Origin: Bacillota bacterium | GTDB lineage: Bacteria > Bacillota > Sulfobacillia > Sulfobacillales > Sulfobacillaceae | Direction of reading: 5' to 3' | NCBI GenBank assembly: GCA_023512105.1 | Contig: JAIMAE010000001.1 | Span: 12,803-76,802, forward strand | Length of the DNA: 64,000 nucleotides | Shown here: piece by piece, positions 18,259-30,269 of the stretch | Numbering within the stretch: the first letter of the stretch is position 1 | Layout of the letters: each line of letters opens with the position of its first letter | The notes under the pieces: model-generated | The model's database searches: none | What the model saw: the letters and a program-made list of their open reading frames with translations, nothing else | What the model was told of the DNA's origin: nothing | Made by a program: the position numbers and the translations under genes

Positions 18259-19293
18259 TTACTGCATGGGTGTCGAACTCGGCATCGGCATCTTCATCGG
18301 CTGCACGCTCATCCCCGCGGAGGGGGCAACCGACCGCGCGTGGGCTGCGGAAGACGCCTTAGGCTGGCTCGACATCGACATCGGGGCCCCCGGTTGGTTC
18401 TCCTCGGGCCGATTGGACATCACCATGTACATCCCGCCGTCCAGCGTGAACCCATGCGTCACGGCCGGGAAGGTGCTGGCCGGATAGGCCGAGTAGGTGA
18501 TCGTCCCCACGGTACCCGGAGACTCCAGGCGGCGGAAATCGGCCAGCGTCATCGCCGGAGCCTGCCCCTTGACCTGGTTCACCCAGGCCTGGAACTGCGC
18601 CGGGCTGACCGCTTTGACCTGGAAGAACATCTGCTCGAACTCGACCCCGGAAAACTGTCCGCTGCGCCCCCAGTACGTCCCAGGCTGGGAAGCCTCCAAC
18701 CACAAGGGCAACACCCGTCCGGACATGGTGTACTCCATGCCCCCCAAGGCCGGGATCCAGAAGGTGTTCATCGGCGAGTTGGCCGTGAGCTCAAACAAGA
18801 TCGGGCGACCGGTGGGAATCACCAGGTAGTTGACGGTGGCCACCCCAGACTGCGGGTATTGGAACAGCCACTTCCAGTCCAACGAAGTCACGTCCACCAC
18901 CAAGGGGTCGCTCTTGGGCGGAACTTTAGCCAGGGCGTAAGTCTGTCCCACCATGGGAACGGCGATCACGGTCAAAATCAGGGCGGGAATCACGAACCAC
19001 AGCGTCTCCAGCCAGCGGCTGTGCGTCCACTCCGGGCGGTAGGGCGCCGGGTTGCCTGGACGATCCCGAAACCGCCACAGCACATATCCCAACAGGGCCA
19101 GGACGAACGCGATGACCACGGCCATGGCGATGGAGGCCAACACCATGAGGTTGAGCTCATCTCGGGCCACCGGACCGGCGGGATGCAACAACACGTATTG
19201 GGGTCCGCAACCGGTCAAGGATACCGCCAAAAGACCGGTGGCAAGAGCGCCCCACTTCCACCAACCGCGGGCGCGAAAACCTTTTTGCGCCAT
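18259..19293 (-). CDS. qoxA: quinol oxidase subunit II (lipoprotein, no CuA ligands)
   Basis: ORF 18259..19323 trimmed to ATG 19293. Lipobox LAVSLTGC. The cupredoxin region reads NTFWIPALGGMEYTMSG...YWGRSGQFSGVEFEQMFF, lacks the C-x-E-x-C-G-x-x-H CuA motif and resembles CyoA/QoxA. Met-rich C-terminal tail. Confidence 0.85.
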   Translation of the reverse strand: MAQKGFRARGWWKWGALATGLLAVSLTGCGPQYVLLHPAGPVARDELNLMVLASIAMAVVIAFVLALLGYVLWRFRDRPGNPAPYRPEWTHSRWLETLWFVIPALILTVIAVPMVGQTYALAKVPPKSDPLVVDVTSLDWKWLFQYPQSGVATVNYLVIPTGRPILFELTANSPMNTFWIPALGGMEYTMSGRVLPLWLEASQPGTYWGRSGQFSGVEFEQMFFQVKAVSPAQFQAWVNQVKGQAPAMTLADFRRLESPGTVGTITYSAYPASTFPAVTHGFTLDGGMYMVMSNRPEENQPGAPMSMSSQPKASSAAHARSVAPSAGMSVQPMKMPMPSSTPMQ

Positions 19294-19305
19294 GCCTGCC
19301 ACCTC

Positions 19306-19323
19306 TTGTGAACAATTTCCCAA
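19306..19323. promoter_or_regulatory. Rex-type operator candidate next to the qoxA RBS
   Basis: TTGTGAA-CAAT-TTCCCAA against the recalled consensus TTGTGAA-N4-TTCACAA (13/14 half-site positions). It abuts the SD AGAGGTGG (19306..19299). Confidence 0.45.
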
Positions 19324-19428
19324 ATTGCTCCAGCGAAAGCCCGCCCTCCGGCGGTCTCACTGGTCCCCTAAACCGGGAAAATTCGACGCAATTTCGGTAA
19401 AGATGTAGGAGACATTAACTTCAACGGG

Positions 19429-19457
19429 ATTATACGTGGGTTAAGTTCGCGGATCAA
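19429..19457 (-). promoter_or_regulatory. sigma-A-type promoter of the qox operon
   Basis: Minus strand has TTGATC (19457..19452), a 17 nt spacer, then TATAAT (19434..19429). Confidence 0.55.
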
Positions 19458-19487
19458 TCGACCATGGGTCCTAGGGCCCATCCCTCA

Positions 19488-19554
19488 AAAGAAGGAGATC
19501 CGGAGTGGTCCTCAACGGCTAATTCGAAAGAAGGAGATGGCAAACCTGGTCCTT
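19488..19554. repeat. two copies of an imperfect direct repeat, 39 bp apart, upstream of the qox promoter
   Basis: Copy 1, 19488-19513: AAAGAAGGAGATCCGGAGTGGTCCTC. Copy 2, 19527-19554: AAAGAAGGAGATGGCAAACCTGGTCCTT. They share a 12-mer plus TGGTCCT. Confidence 0.5.
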
Positions 19555-19562
19555 CCCCACCC

Positions 19563-19597
19563 AACAAAGAAGACGGAGCCGCGACCATGGCTCCGTC
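19563..19597 (-). terminator. intrinsic terminator after atpC
   Basis: Minus strand reads GACGGAGCC-ATGGTCGC-GGCTCCGTC followed by TTCTTTGTT. Confidence 0.8.
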
Positions 19598-19616
19598 TCG
19601 TCGGGAATCAGGGAAC

Positions 19617-20027
19617 TTAATGGGTGGTCTGGATCAGCCGCAGGCGGTTTTCGGCTCGAATCAACGCCCGCTCTGCGCGCTCGCGGTCGATGTCCGGGGA
19701 GGGGTTCTCCAGTCGCGACCGCGCACGGTCGCGAGCCGCTTCGGCCCGGGCCCGGTCAATTTCCTCCGGGAATTCCGCGGCATCGGCCAAGACCACCACC
19801 TGCTCTGGACCCACTTCCAAAAAGCCCCCAGCGACGTGAAGGCGTCGCACCGTTCCCGATGCCTCGGTAAAGCTCATGATGTGGGATACCAGCGGCGTGA
19901 CGATCTGCACGTGATGGGCCAGGATACCGATCTCCCCTTCGGAACTGCGGGCGATCAAGAACTCCACCTCGCCCCGCCACACCGTGCGTTCCGGGGTGAC
20001 CACCTTTAACCTGTACTGCGTTGCCAT
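19617..20027 (-). CDS. atpC: F1 ATP synthase epsilon subunit
   Basis: ORF 19617..20027. Its position after atpD and the N-terminal MATQYRLKVVTPERTVWRGEVEFLIARSSEGEIGIL fit. Confidence 0.9.
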   Translation of the reverse strand: MATQYRLKVVTPERTVWRGEVEFLIARSSEGEIGILAHHVQIVTPLVSHIMSFTEASGTVRRLHVAGGFLEVGPEQVVVLADAAEFPEEIDRARAEAARDRARSRLENPSPDIDRERAERALIRAENRLRLIQTTH

Positions 20028-20041
20028 CCTGGTCTCCTCGC

Positions 20042-21460
<1,419 letters not shown>

Positions 21461-21489
21461 TCAACTAGCCGGCAGGGCCGCCATAGCCC

Positions 21490-22347
21490 CTACTCCAGCG
21501 CCTCTGCTCCACCCACCAGTTCTGCGATCTCGCGCGTGATGGCCGCCTGCCGCAGCCGGTTGCGCAACAGAATCAGGCGGCGGATCAGCTCTTCAGCGTT
21601 TTTGCTGGCCGAATCCATGGCCGTCATGCGCGCGCCGTGCTCGCTGGCCTTCGACTCCAAGAGCGCCCCGTAGAGCTGGACCTCGATAAACCGGGGCAAG
21701 AGGTCGCGCAGCACTTCCTCCGGGTCTGGCTCAAACAGGTAGCCTTTCAGCCCGCCTCCCCGCTCCTCCAGGTTGGCCCGCGGCACCGGCAACAGGTCCA
21801 CCACCTCAGGCCGTTGGCTCATCGGGTTGATGTAGCGGGTGTAGACCAGCTTGACCTGGTCCACGTTGCCATCTAAAAAGTGTGCGATCACCACGTCGGC
21901 GATCGCCCGGGCCTGCCGATACGAGGGTTCATCGCCCAGCCCGATGAACTCCTCCAAGATCGGGTAGCCGCGATGGCGGAAAAATTCCCGTCCCTTGCGG
22001 CCCACCACCATCACGCCGACCTCGGCCTCCTGGCTTCGGATCGCGGCCACCGCATGGCGAAGGACGTTGGCGTTGTAGGGGCCGGCCAGCCCGCGGTCGG
22101 AGGTGATCACCACCAGACCCATCCGGCGAACCGGGCGCTCCTCCAAAAGCAGGCTCTTGCGCGTGCCTAACGCGGCCGCGCGCGCCGCCACCGCCCGTAT
22201 TTCGGACAGAAACTCCCGGGATTGGCGCGCCCGCTCTTCCGCCCGGCGCAATTTGGCCCCCGCCACCATCTTCATCGCTCGGGTGATCTGCTGCGTATTC
22301 TGGGCGCTGCGAATTCGCCGCCTCAGCTCCTGCAACCCGCCGGCCAT
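21490..22347 (-). CDS. atpG: F1 ATP synthase gamma subunit
   Basis: ORF 21490..22347. Motifs: ITRAMKMVAGAKLRRAE and the C-terminal NRLRQAAITREIAELVGGAEAL. Confidence 0.95.
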   Translation of the reverse strand: MAGGLQELRRRIRSAQNTQQITRAMKMVAGAKLRRAEERARQSREFLSEIRAVAARAAALGTRKSLLLEERPVRRMGLVVITSDRGLAGPYNANVLRHAVAAIRSQEAEVGVMVVGRKGREFFRHRGYPILEEFIGLGDEPSYRQARAIADVVIAHFLDGNVDQVKLVYTRYINPMSQRPEVVDLLPVPRANLEERGGGLKGYLFEPDPEEVLRDLLPRFIEVQLYGALLESKASEHGARMTAMDSASKNAEELIRRLILLRNRLRQAAITREIAELVGGAEALE

Positions 22348-22348
22348 C

Positions 22349-24398
<2,050 letters not shown>

Positions 24399-24402
<4 letters not shown>

Positions 24403-24890
24403 TGCGGCACCTCGATCCGCTCGACGAACTCCCCGACCAGACGTCGGTCGCTCTCGGCATCCAGGCGCTCGCGCAGGACTTTCTCGGCCACGCTCAGGGA
24501 GATGTCGACGATCTGCGCCTTGAGCGAAGCCAATACCTCCTCGCGCTCCCGGCGAATCTCCACCTCCGCCTCGGAGATGATCCGCTTGGATTCGCGCTGC
24601 GCCTCTTCCAAGATCGTACGCGCCTGCTCTTCGGCATCCTTCTTGGCCCGGGCCAACACCTGGTCGGCCCGCTCGCGGATGGCCTTCACCTCAGCCTCCA
24701 GCTCCGCCTTCATCGCCTCTGCTTCCCGACGTCGGGCCTCGGCCGCCTCCAAATCGGAGCGAATCCGCTCTTGGCGATCGCGCATCGCCTTTAAGATCGG
24801 CGGGAATGCCTTGGCTCGAAGAAAGGAGAAGAGGAGGAGGACGGAGATCAACTCGATCAACAGCTGGGGCCACGACAACGAGATGGTCAC
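24399..24890 (-). CDS. atpF: F0 ATP synthase b subunit
   Basis: ORF 24399..24890. One N-terminal TM followed by a long charged helix (EARRREAEAMKAELEAEVKAIRE...). Confidence 0.85.
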
Positions 24891-24950
24891 CGCTTCACCT
24901 TCCCTTTCCCAATCGCTGTCCGACTCTCCGCACCAGAGATCGGCCGTCGG

Positions 24951-25220
<270 letters not shown>

Positions 25221-25883
25221 TTACTCTTCCGCCATGGCCTTGCCCACGTAGGCCATGGTCAACACCATGAAGATAAACGCCTGCACCACGTTGACGAACG
25301 CCGTGAACCCCCACCAGATGAAGGCGGCCACGAACCCCCCCAAGACGTAGAAGAGGAGTTTAAAGCGGGCGATCATCTCCATGAAGATTTCCCCAACCAG
25401 GATGTTGCCGAACAACCGGAAGGCCAGCGTCAACGGTTTGGACAGCTCTTCCACCAGGTTGATGGGCAACAGCGGAATGAAGGGTTTGGCGAAATGCTTG
25501 AAATAGCGAAACCCATGGTACCGCACGCCGTACCACTGGATGAGGAAGAACACCGCAATCGCCAGCGCCGCTGTGAGGTTCAGATTGGCCGTGGGCGAGT
25601 GCAGGGAGGGAATCATGCCTTCGAAGTTCGAGATGAGGAGAAACAGGAACAGGGTGATGAGCAGTTCGTAGAGAAACGGTTCTTTCTCCGGATCAAAGGT
25701 GACTTTGGCGAGGTCGGCGATGAACTGGAAGACCGACTCCAAAAGGCTCTGACCGATCCCGGGGACGCCGGCGGTCGCTCCTTTGGCCATCCACGAAACG
25801 ATTACGGCCGTCAACACGATGGCGATCCACGTGTAAATCACCAGGGCACCATCGATGGTATAAGGCCCGAGATGCCAGGTCAC
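25221..25883 (-). CDS. atpB: F0 ATP synthase a subunit
   Basis: ORF 25221..25973 trimmed to GTG 25883 (GGAGGA 9 nt upstream, GTGA overlap with the atpI stop). Conserved Arg motif LTLAFRLFGNILVGE. Confidence 0.9.
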   Translation of the reverse strand: MTWHLGPYTIDGALVIYTWIAIVLTAVIVSWMAKGATAGVPGIGQSLLESVFQFIADLAKVTFDPEKEPFLYELLITLFLFLLISNFEGMIPSLHSPTANLNLTAALAIAVFFLIQWYGVRYHGFRYFKHFAKPFIPLLPINLVEELSKPLTLAFRLFGNILVGEIFMEMIARFKLLFYVLGGFVAAFIWWGFTAFVNVVQAFIFMVLTMAYVGKAMAEE

Positions 25884-26260
25884 CGCATCGAATCCTCCTC
25901 TCTGGTCCGATAATAGCGCACCAGGAAAACGGCCTGGGGCAAAAACACTCCGGCCAACAAATAGCCGGCCCACAGTTGGGGGCCACGGCTGGCCAGCCAG
26001 TACAGCAAGACTCCCATCAGGCCGAGGCGGACGAGGCTGGAGGCAAAAAACGCGCCCTGGGCGGCGCCGGCGCCAAGGCCCAGCGCCCGTCGAATCCCAG
26101 AGGCCAACATCTGAAAGTTGAGCACCCCCAGGAGGCTACCCACCACCCACGACCAGGCCGCGGGATGGCGGTGGGTCGCCCACAACGCCACCACTCCTGC
26201 CGCCACCGAGGCGAAGGAGACCGTCCGCGCAAGCCGCGCGGCCGTGTGCCACCGGCTCAT
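25880..26260 (-). CDS. atpI: ATP synthase protein I
   Basis: ORF 25880..26524 trimmed to ATG 26260 (MSRWHTAARLARTVSFASVAAGVV...). Small hydrophobic protein directly upstream of atpB. Confidence 0.6.
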   Translation of the reverse strand: MSRWHTAARLARTVSFASVAAGVVALWATHRHPAAWSWVVGSLLGVLNFQMLASGIRRALGLGAGAAQGAFFASSLVRLGLMGVLLYWLASRGPQLWAGYLLAGVFLPQAVFLVRYYRTREEDSMR

Positions 26261-26451
26261 CGGGAGCTGGCAGCTCGGTAGGCCATCCACAACCCGGCCA
26301 CGAATCCGACCAGGAGGCCTGCCACCATCAGCCATGGCTGCGTCCCCAGGCGGTGGTCGAGATAACGCCCCAAGAAGAACCCACCGCCCAGAAAGAACAA
26401 CACCTCGCTGCCTACCGTTGCCACCCGCCACCCGGTGTGAGAACCTTTCAC
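26257..26451 (-). CDS. AtpZ/AtpR-like small membrane protein of the atp operon
   Basis: ORF 26257..26610 trimmed to GTG 26451 (GGAGG 10 nt upstream). It has two TM (VATVGSEVLFFLGGGFFLGRYLD...WLMVAGLLVGFVAGLW). ATGA overlap with atpI. Confidence 0.5.
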   Translation of the reverse strand: MKGSHTGWRVATVGSEVLFFLGGGFFLGRYLDHRLGTQPWLMVAGLLVGFVAGLWMAYRAASSR

Positions 26452-26580
26452 GGGTATTCTGCCTCCGTCGTTCACACAAAAAACCCCATCGACGTTCCCT
26501 TTTTCCAGGGAGGCGGTGGGCCACAGTAAAGACAACCTCGATGCGCTTGCGGGAAAACGCAACACGGCGTTTTCCACAGC

Positions 26581-26610
26581 ATTATACCGAAACTCCGGCA
26601 ATCCCCTCAA
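26581..26610 (-). promoter_or_regulatory. sigma-A-type promoter of the atp operon
   Basis: Minus strand has TTGAGG (26610..26605), an 18 nt spacer, then TATAAT (26586..26581). Confidence 0.5.
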
Positions 26611-26633
26611 TAGTCGTTCCGCACTATGTCGAA

Positions 26634-27083
26634 CTAGAGCGGCTCCACCTCTTCCAGGGCCTGAATCTTCTCCACCCGGCGCTGGTGCCGCCCGCCCTCA
26701 AAGGGGGTCTCCAGCCACACCTTCAAGATCTCCTGGGCCAGGGGCACCGCGATGAAACGGGCGCCCATGGTGAGGACGTTGGCGTCGTTGTGCTGCCGCG
26801 AAAGCCGGGCCGCCACCACGTCGTGCGCCAGCGCGGCGCGCACTCCAGGCACCTTGTTGGCGGCGATGCACATGCCGATGCCGCTGCCGCAGATCAAAAG
26901 GCCGCGCTCCGCCTGCCCAGAGGCCACCGCCCGAGCCACCTTCTCCGCGTAATCGGGATAATCCACGGACTCCGGGCTGAAGGTCCCGAAATCCTCCACA
27001 TCCCAACCGTTCTCAATCAGGAAGTTGGCCAAGGGCTCCTTGAGCGGCCACCCAGCGTGGTCCGCCCCTACCGCGATGCGCAT
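26634..27083 (-). CDS. rpiB: ribose-5-phosphate isomerase B
   Basis: ORF 26634..27158 trimmed to ATG 27083. Motifs: MRIAVGADHAGWPLKEPL, LICGSGIGMCIAANKVPGVRAAL. Confidence 0.9.
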   Translation of the reverse strand: MRIAVGADHAGWPLKEPLANFLIENGWDVEDFGTFSPESVDYPDYAEKVARAVASGQAERGLLICGSGIGMCIAANKVPGVRAALAHDVVAARLSRQHNDANVLTMGARFIAVPLAQEILKVWLETPFEGGRHQRRVEKIQALEEVEPL

Positions 27084-27097
27084 CTTCACTCCCCCAT

Positions 27098-28564
27098 TTA
27101 GGGCTCCGTCTTCCCCTCGGCGGCGGGGACCAGCTGAGCGCGCAACCGCTCCAGCCACCCCACCAACTGCGTAGCTAGTATATCATAGGCGGCTTGTCCC
27201 TGTCCGATGGGGTCCGCCACCTCTCCATCCTCCCCCACCATCTCCGTCAACAGGCGGACGCGGTCGGCCCACTCCGGTCGCCGGCGACGCACCGCCTCGG
27301 CCTGGGCGCGGGTCATGGTGAGCACCCACAGCGGAGTGCCTTCGACCGCCTCCAGCGGCCGACTTCGGTGGCGGCTTAAGTCAGCTCCCCAGGGTGCTAC
27401 CGCCCGCACCGCCTCGGCAGCCGCCGGCAGGCCTTCCACCGCCGCCACTCCGGCAGACTGGGCCCGGAGCGGGCCTTCGAGGCGATTCCAGAGCGCTTCG
27501 GCCATCGGCGAGCGACAGGTGTTCCCGGAGCAGACGAAGAGGAGAAACAAGGGGGCCACCGTGGCCGCACCCTCTCCTTCCCCCGCCGCTTTGGCCAAAC
27601 GGTTGGCCACCGCCTCACCCACCCCCTGGCGCTGGCTCCACACCACCAAAATCCGCTCCACGCCCGCCCGGTCCAGTTCGCGAAGCCCCGCGTACAGGCG
27701 CCGCGCCGCCTCCCAAGGATCGGTGCCCAGGGAAAAGGCCACCGGGGCCGAGATGGCGCGGACCACCGCCTCGGGGGCCAACAGGCCCCAGCGGCCGGAC
27801 CAGGCGGCTTGGCTGAGCAGCGCCCGGATGACCTGGAGGTCGTCCTCTGCCACCCAGGTCACCGGAGCGCGGGGGGCGTAATGGCGGTGGCGCGTCCCCG
27901 GGGATCGCCGGGACGATGCGGCGTCCGGTTGTCCCAACGGTCCCACCACGGCCTCAATCGCCTCCCGCGGGGTCGCCCCCGGACGCAGTAACAAGAAAGG
28001 GCGCCGCGTGACATCCACCACCGTGGACTCGACCCCGGCCTCGGTCGGCCCTCCGTCGACGATCACCGGAATCCGGCCGGCCAGGTCCTCGTAGACGTGT
28101 TCAGCGGTGGTCGGGGAGGGACGTCCGGAGCGGTTGGCCGACGGAGCGGCCAGCGGCACGCCGGCGGCGGCGATCAGCGCCCGGGCCACCGGGTGACTGG
28201 GGGCGCGGACCGCCACCGTCTTGAGCCCGGCCCGCACCAAGGCGGGGACCTCTGGCCGGGCCGGCAAGATCAGGGTCAAAGGGCCGGGCCAAAACCGCTC
28301 CCACAGCGCAACCGCCTCCTTGGGGACGGGCTCAGCCACCAACCGACTCCATGCCAGGTCGTCGGCCCCCAAGACGTGGACGATCAAGGGGTTGTCGGCC
28401 GGCCGCCCCTTGGCGGCAAAGATGCGGGCCACCGCCGTCTCGTCAAAGGCGTTGGCCCCCAAGCCGTAGACGGTTTCGGTGGGGAAGGCCACCGGCCAGC
28501 CCTGGCGAATCCAGTGGGCGGCCTGCTCAATGCCCTCGGGCCCGCGGACGATCTCCGTGCGCAT
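27098..28564 (-). CDS. tsaC: fusion of Sua5/YwlC (TsaC, threonylcarbamoyl-AMP synthase) with a low-molecular-weight phosphatase (YwlE-like)
   Basis: ORF 27098..28813 trimmed to ATG 28564. N-terminal YrdC/Sua5 motifs are VAFPTETVYGLGANAF, KGRPADNPLIVHV, APSANRSGRPSPT. After the Sua5 C-domain comes LFVCSGNTCRSPMAEAL (CX5R(S) P-loop) and VADPIG. Confidence 0.85.
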   Translation of the reverse strand: MRTEIVRGPEGIEQAAHWIRQGWPVAFPTETVYGLGANAFDETAVARIFAAKGRPADNPLIVHVLGADDLAWSRLVAEPVPKEAVALWERFWPGPLTLILPARPEVPALVRAGLKTVAVRAPSHPVARALIAAAGVPLAAPSANRSGRPSPTTAEHVYEDLAGRIPVIVDGGPTEAGVESTVVDVTRRPFLLLRPGATPREAIEAVVGPLGQPDAASSRRSPGTRHRHYAPRAPVTWVAEDDLQVIRALLSQAAWSGRWGLLAPEAVVRAISAPVAFSLGTDPWEAARRLYAGLRELDRAGVERILVVWSQRQGVGEAVANRLAKAAGEGEGAATVAPLFLLFVCSGNTCRSPMAEALWNRLEGPLRAQSAGVAAVEGLPAAAEAVRAVAPWGADLSRHRSRPLEAVEGTPLWVLTMTRAQAEAVRRRRPEWADRVRLLTEMVGEDGEVADPIGQGQAAYDILATQLVGWLERLRAQLVPAAEGKTEP

Positions 28565-28611
28565 CTCCCCTCTCCCTTCCCGCTGGCCGGACCAGCCGCC
28601 AGCCCTGCAGA

Positions 28612-29868
28612 CTAAAAGCCGTGAAAGAGCATCAGATACCCGGTGGCGGCCAAGAGCGTCCACAGCGCCACCGGTCCCCCGAAGCGGAAGTAGCGCATAA
28701 AATCCATGGGGTGGCCGTGGTCGTAGGCCACCCCCTGGGCCACCACGTTGGCCGAGGCCCCGATCACGGTCGCGTTGCCCCCGATCGCCGCCCCCGCGGC
28801 CAGGGCCATCCACAGCCCCACCCCGTACTCCGGGTGCAGCTGGTTGATCATCCGCACCACCGGAATCATCGCCGCCACCAAGGGCACGTTGTCAAGACCG
28901 GCGGAGATCAGGGCGCTGCCCCAGAGCACGGCCAACCCGATCCCCTGACTTCCAAAGGTGGTGAGCAGCCAGTGGGCAAAGCGGGAAATCGCCCCTGCCC
29001 GCTCCAATCCCCCCACCATCACGAAGATCCCGGCAAAAAATCCGAGCGTGCCCCAATCCACGCTGTGGACCAGCCGGGATGGGGAAGGGCGGGCCCAGAG
29101 CACCCCGAGCCCGGCCCCAATCGCCGCCACCGCGCCCGCCGCCAGATGCAGTTGGCGTTGAAAGACCAATCCCAGCAAGGTCAAGCCCAAGATGCCGACC
29201 AACCCGGGCGCCGCCCAGGTTAGCGGACGGGGGGGATGAGCCGGCAAGACCACGGCCTGGCCATGGGCCGAAGCCCCGCGTGGCAAGCGCCACCACAGCC
29301 ACCCCCCCAGCACCGCCAACAACACCCCGGCCAGCGGGCCTAAATGGCGCAGAAACTGGCCAAAGGTCAGCGGGGCGGCGGTTCCAATCAGGATGTTGGG
29401 CGGGTCGCCCACCAGGGTGGCCAGCCCCCCCAGATTGGAGGCCACCGCTGCCACCATCAAAAGGTCCACCGGGTCGGCCCCCAGCGCCTCGGCGCTCTGC
29501 ATCATGGCGGGTCCCAGCAACAAGATGGTGGTGACGTTGTCGATCACGGTAGAGATTACGGCGCTGGCCAGGCCAAAGGCGGCCACCAGACGCCTGGGGT
29601 CGCCCCGGGCAAACCGCGCCGCCGCCAAGGCCACTTGGTCGAACAGGCCGACCTCCCCCAGAAGCCCCACCAACACCATCATCCCGCCCAAAAGGGCCAG
29701 GGTGTTCCAGTCAATGCTGGAGGTCAGCGCCGCGGGGGGGATGACCCCCGTCACCAGCAGCACCGCCGCCCCGATGGCCGTCGCCCAGGCGCGGTGAAAC
29801 CAGTCGCCGATGAGAAAGACATAGACCGCGCCGAACGTCGCGAGGGCGACGACCAGCGAGAAGCTCAC
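28612..29868 (-). CDS. ArsB/NhaD-superfamily (citrate-transporter-like) permease
   Basis: ORF 28612..30294 trimmed to GTG 29868 (AGGAGGTG 7 nt upstream). Polytopic, with motifs ...SAVISTVIDNVTTILLLGP...ASNLGGLATLVGDPPNILIG... and ...SAGLDNVPLVAAMIP.... Confidence 0.7.
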   Translation of the reverse strand: MSFSLVVALATFGAVYVFLIGDWFHRAWATAIGAAVLLVTGVIPPAALTSSIDWNTLALLGGMMVLVGLLGEVGLFDQVALAAARFARGDPRRLVAAFGLASAVISTVIDNVTTILLLGPAMMQSAEALGADPVDLLMVAAVASNLGGLATLVGDPPNILIGTAAPLTFGQFLRHLGPLAGVLLAVLGGWLWWRLPRGASAHGQAVVLPAHPPRPLTWAAPGLVGILGLTLLGLVFQRQLHLAAGAVAAIGAGLGVLWARPSPSRLVHSVDWGTLGFFAGIFVMVGGLERAGAISRFAHWLLTTFGSQGIGLAVLWGSALISAGLDNVPLVAAMIPVVRMINQLHPEYGVGLWMALAAGAAIGGNATVIGASANVVAQGVAYDHGHPMDFMRYFRFGGPVALWTLLAATGYLMLFHGF

Positions 29869-29957
29869 CTGCTCCCACCTCCTGCCCGCGATGCCAGCAT
29901 ATGGCACCCGGGGGCAAGACATGTCTGCGGGCCGTGCCAGCCCCGGCCAGAGCGAGC

Positions 29958-30269
29958 TTACCGCTCTGGATGCTCGGCGACCCAGGCCTGCCAGGCATCG
30001 AGCCCCCCGCTTAAGGTGCGCACCCGGGAGAATCCCTGTTCCTCGAGCACTTCCGCCGCGTAGTCGCTGGCCCCCCGGCCGTGCTGGCAGTACACCACCA
30101 CCTCTTGGTCCTTGCGAAAGGGCCACGCCTGATCCTCCAAGTCGGTGACCGGCACGTGGAGGGCGCCGGCAATCGCATCGGTGGCCAGCAGTCGCACGTC
30201 GACCACCGCCAGCGCCTCCCCGGCCTTCAGGCGTCGCCACAGCTCCTCGACGCTCATGGCCTCTGCCAT
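29958..30269 (-). CDS. single-domain rhodanese-like sulfurtransferase
   Basis: ORF 29958..30353 trimmed to ATG 30269. 103 aa with the active-site loop VVYCQHGRGAS. Overlaps the prmC 3' end by 16 nt. Confidence 0.75.
   Translation of the reverse strand: MAEAMSVEELWRRLKAGEALAVVDVRLLATDAIAGALHVPVTDLEDQAWPFRKDQEVVVYCQHGRGASDYAAEVLEEQGFSRVRTLSGGLDAWQAWVAEHPER

Noticed and set aside
19535-19618. A plus-strand 27-codon ORF (MANLVLPHPTKKTEPRPWLRLVGNQGT) after AAGGAG.
   Set aside because: The ATG abuts the SD with no spacer, and the ORF runs through the atpC terminator hairpin. The AAGGAG is better explained as part of a direct repeat.
26470-26477. A second Rex site at the RBS of the first atp-operon gene (minus strand TGTGAACGAC).
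   Set aside because: Only one half-site is present, and the partner half (GGAGGC) does not match TTCACA.
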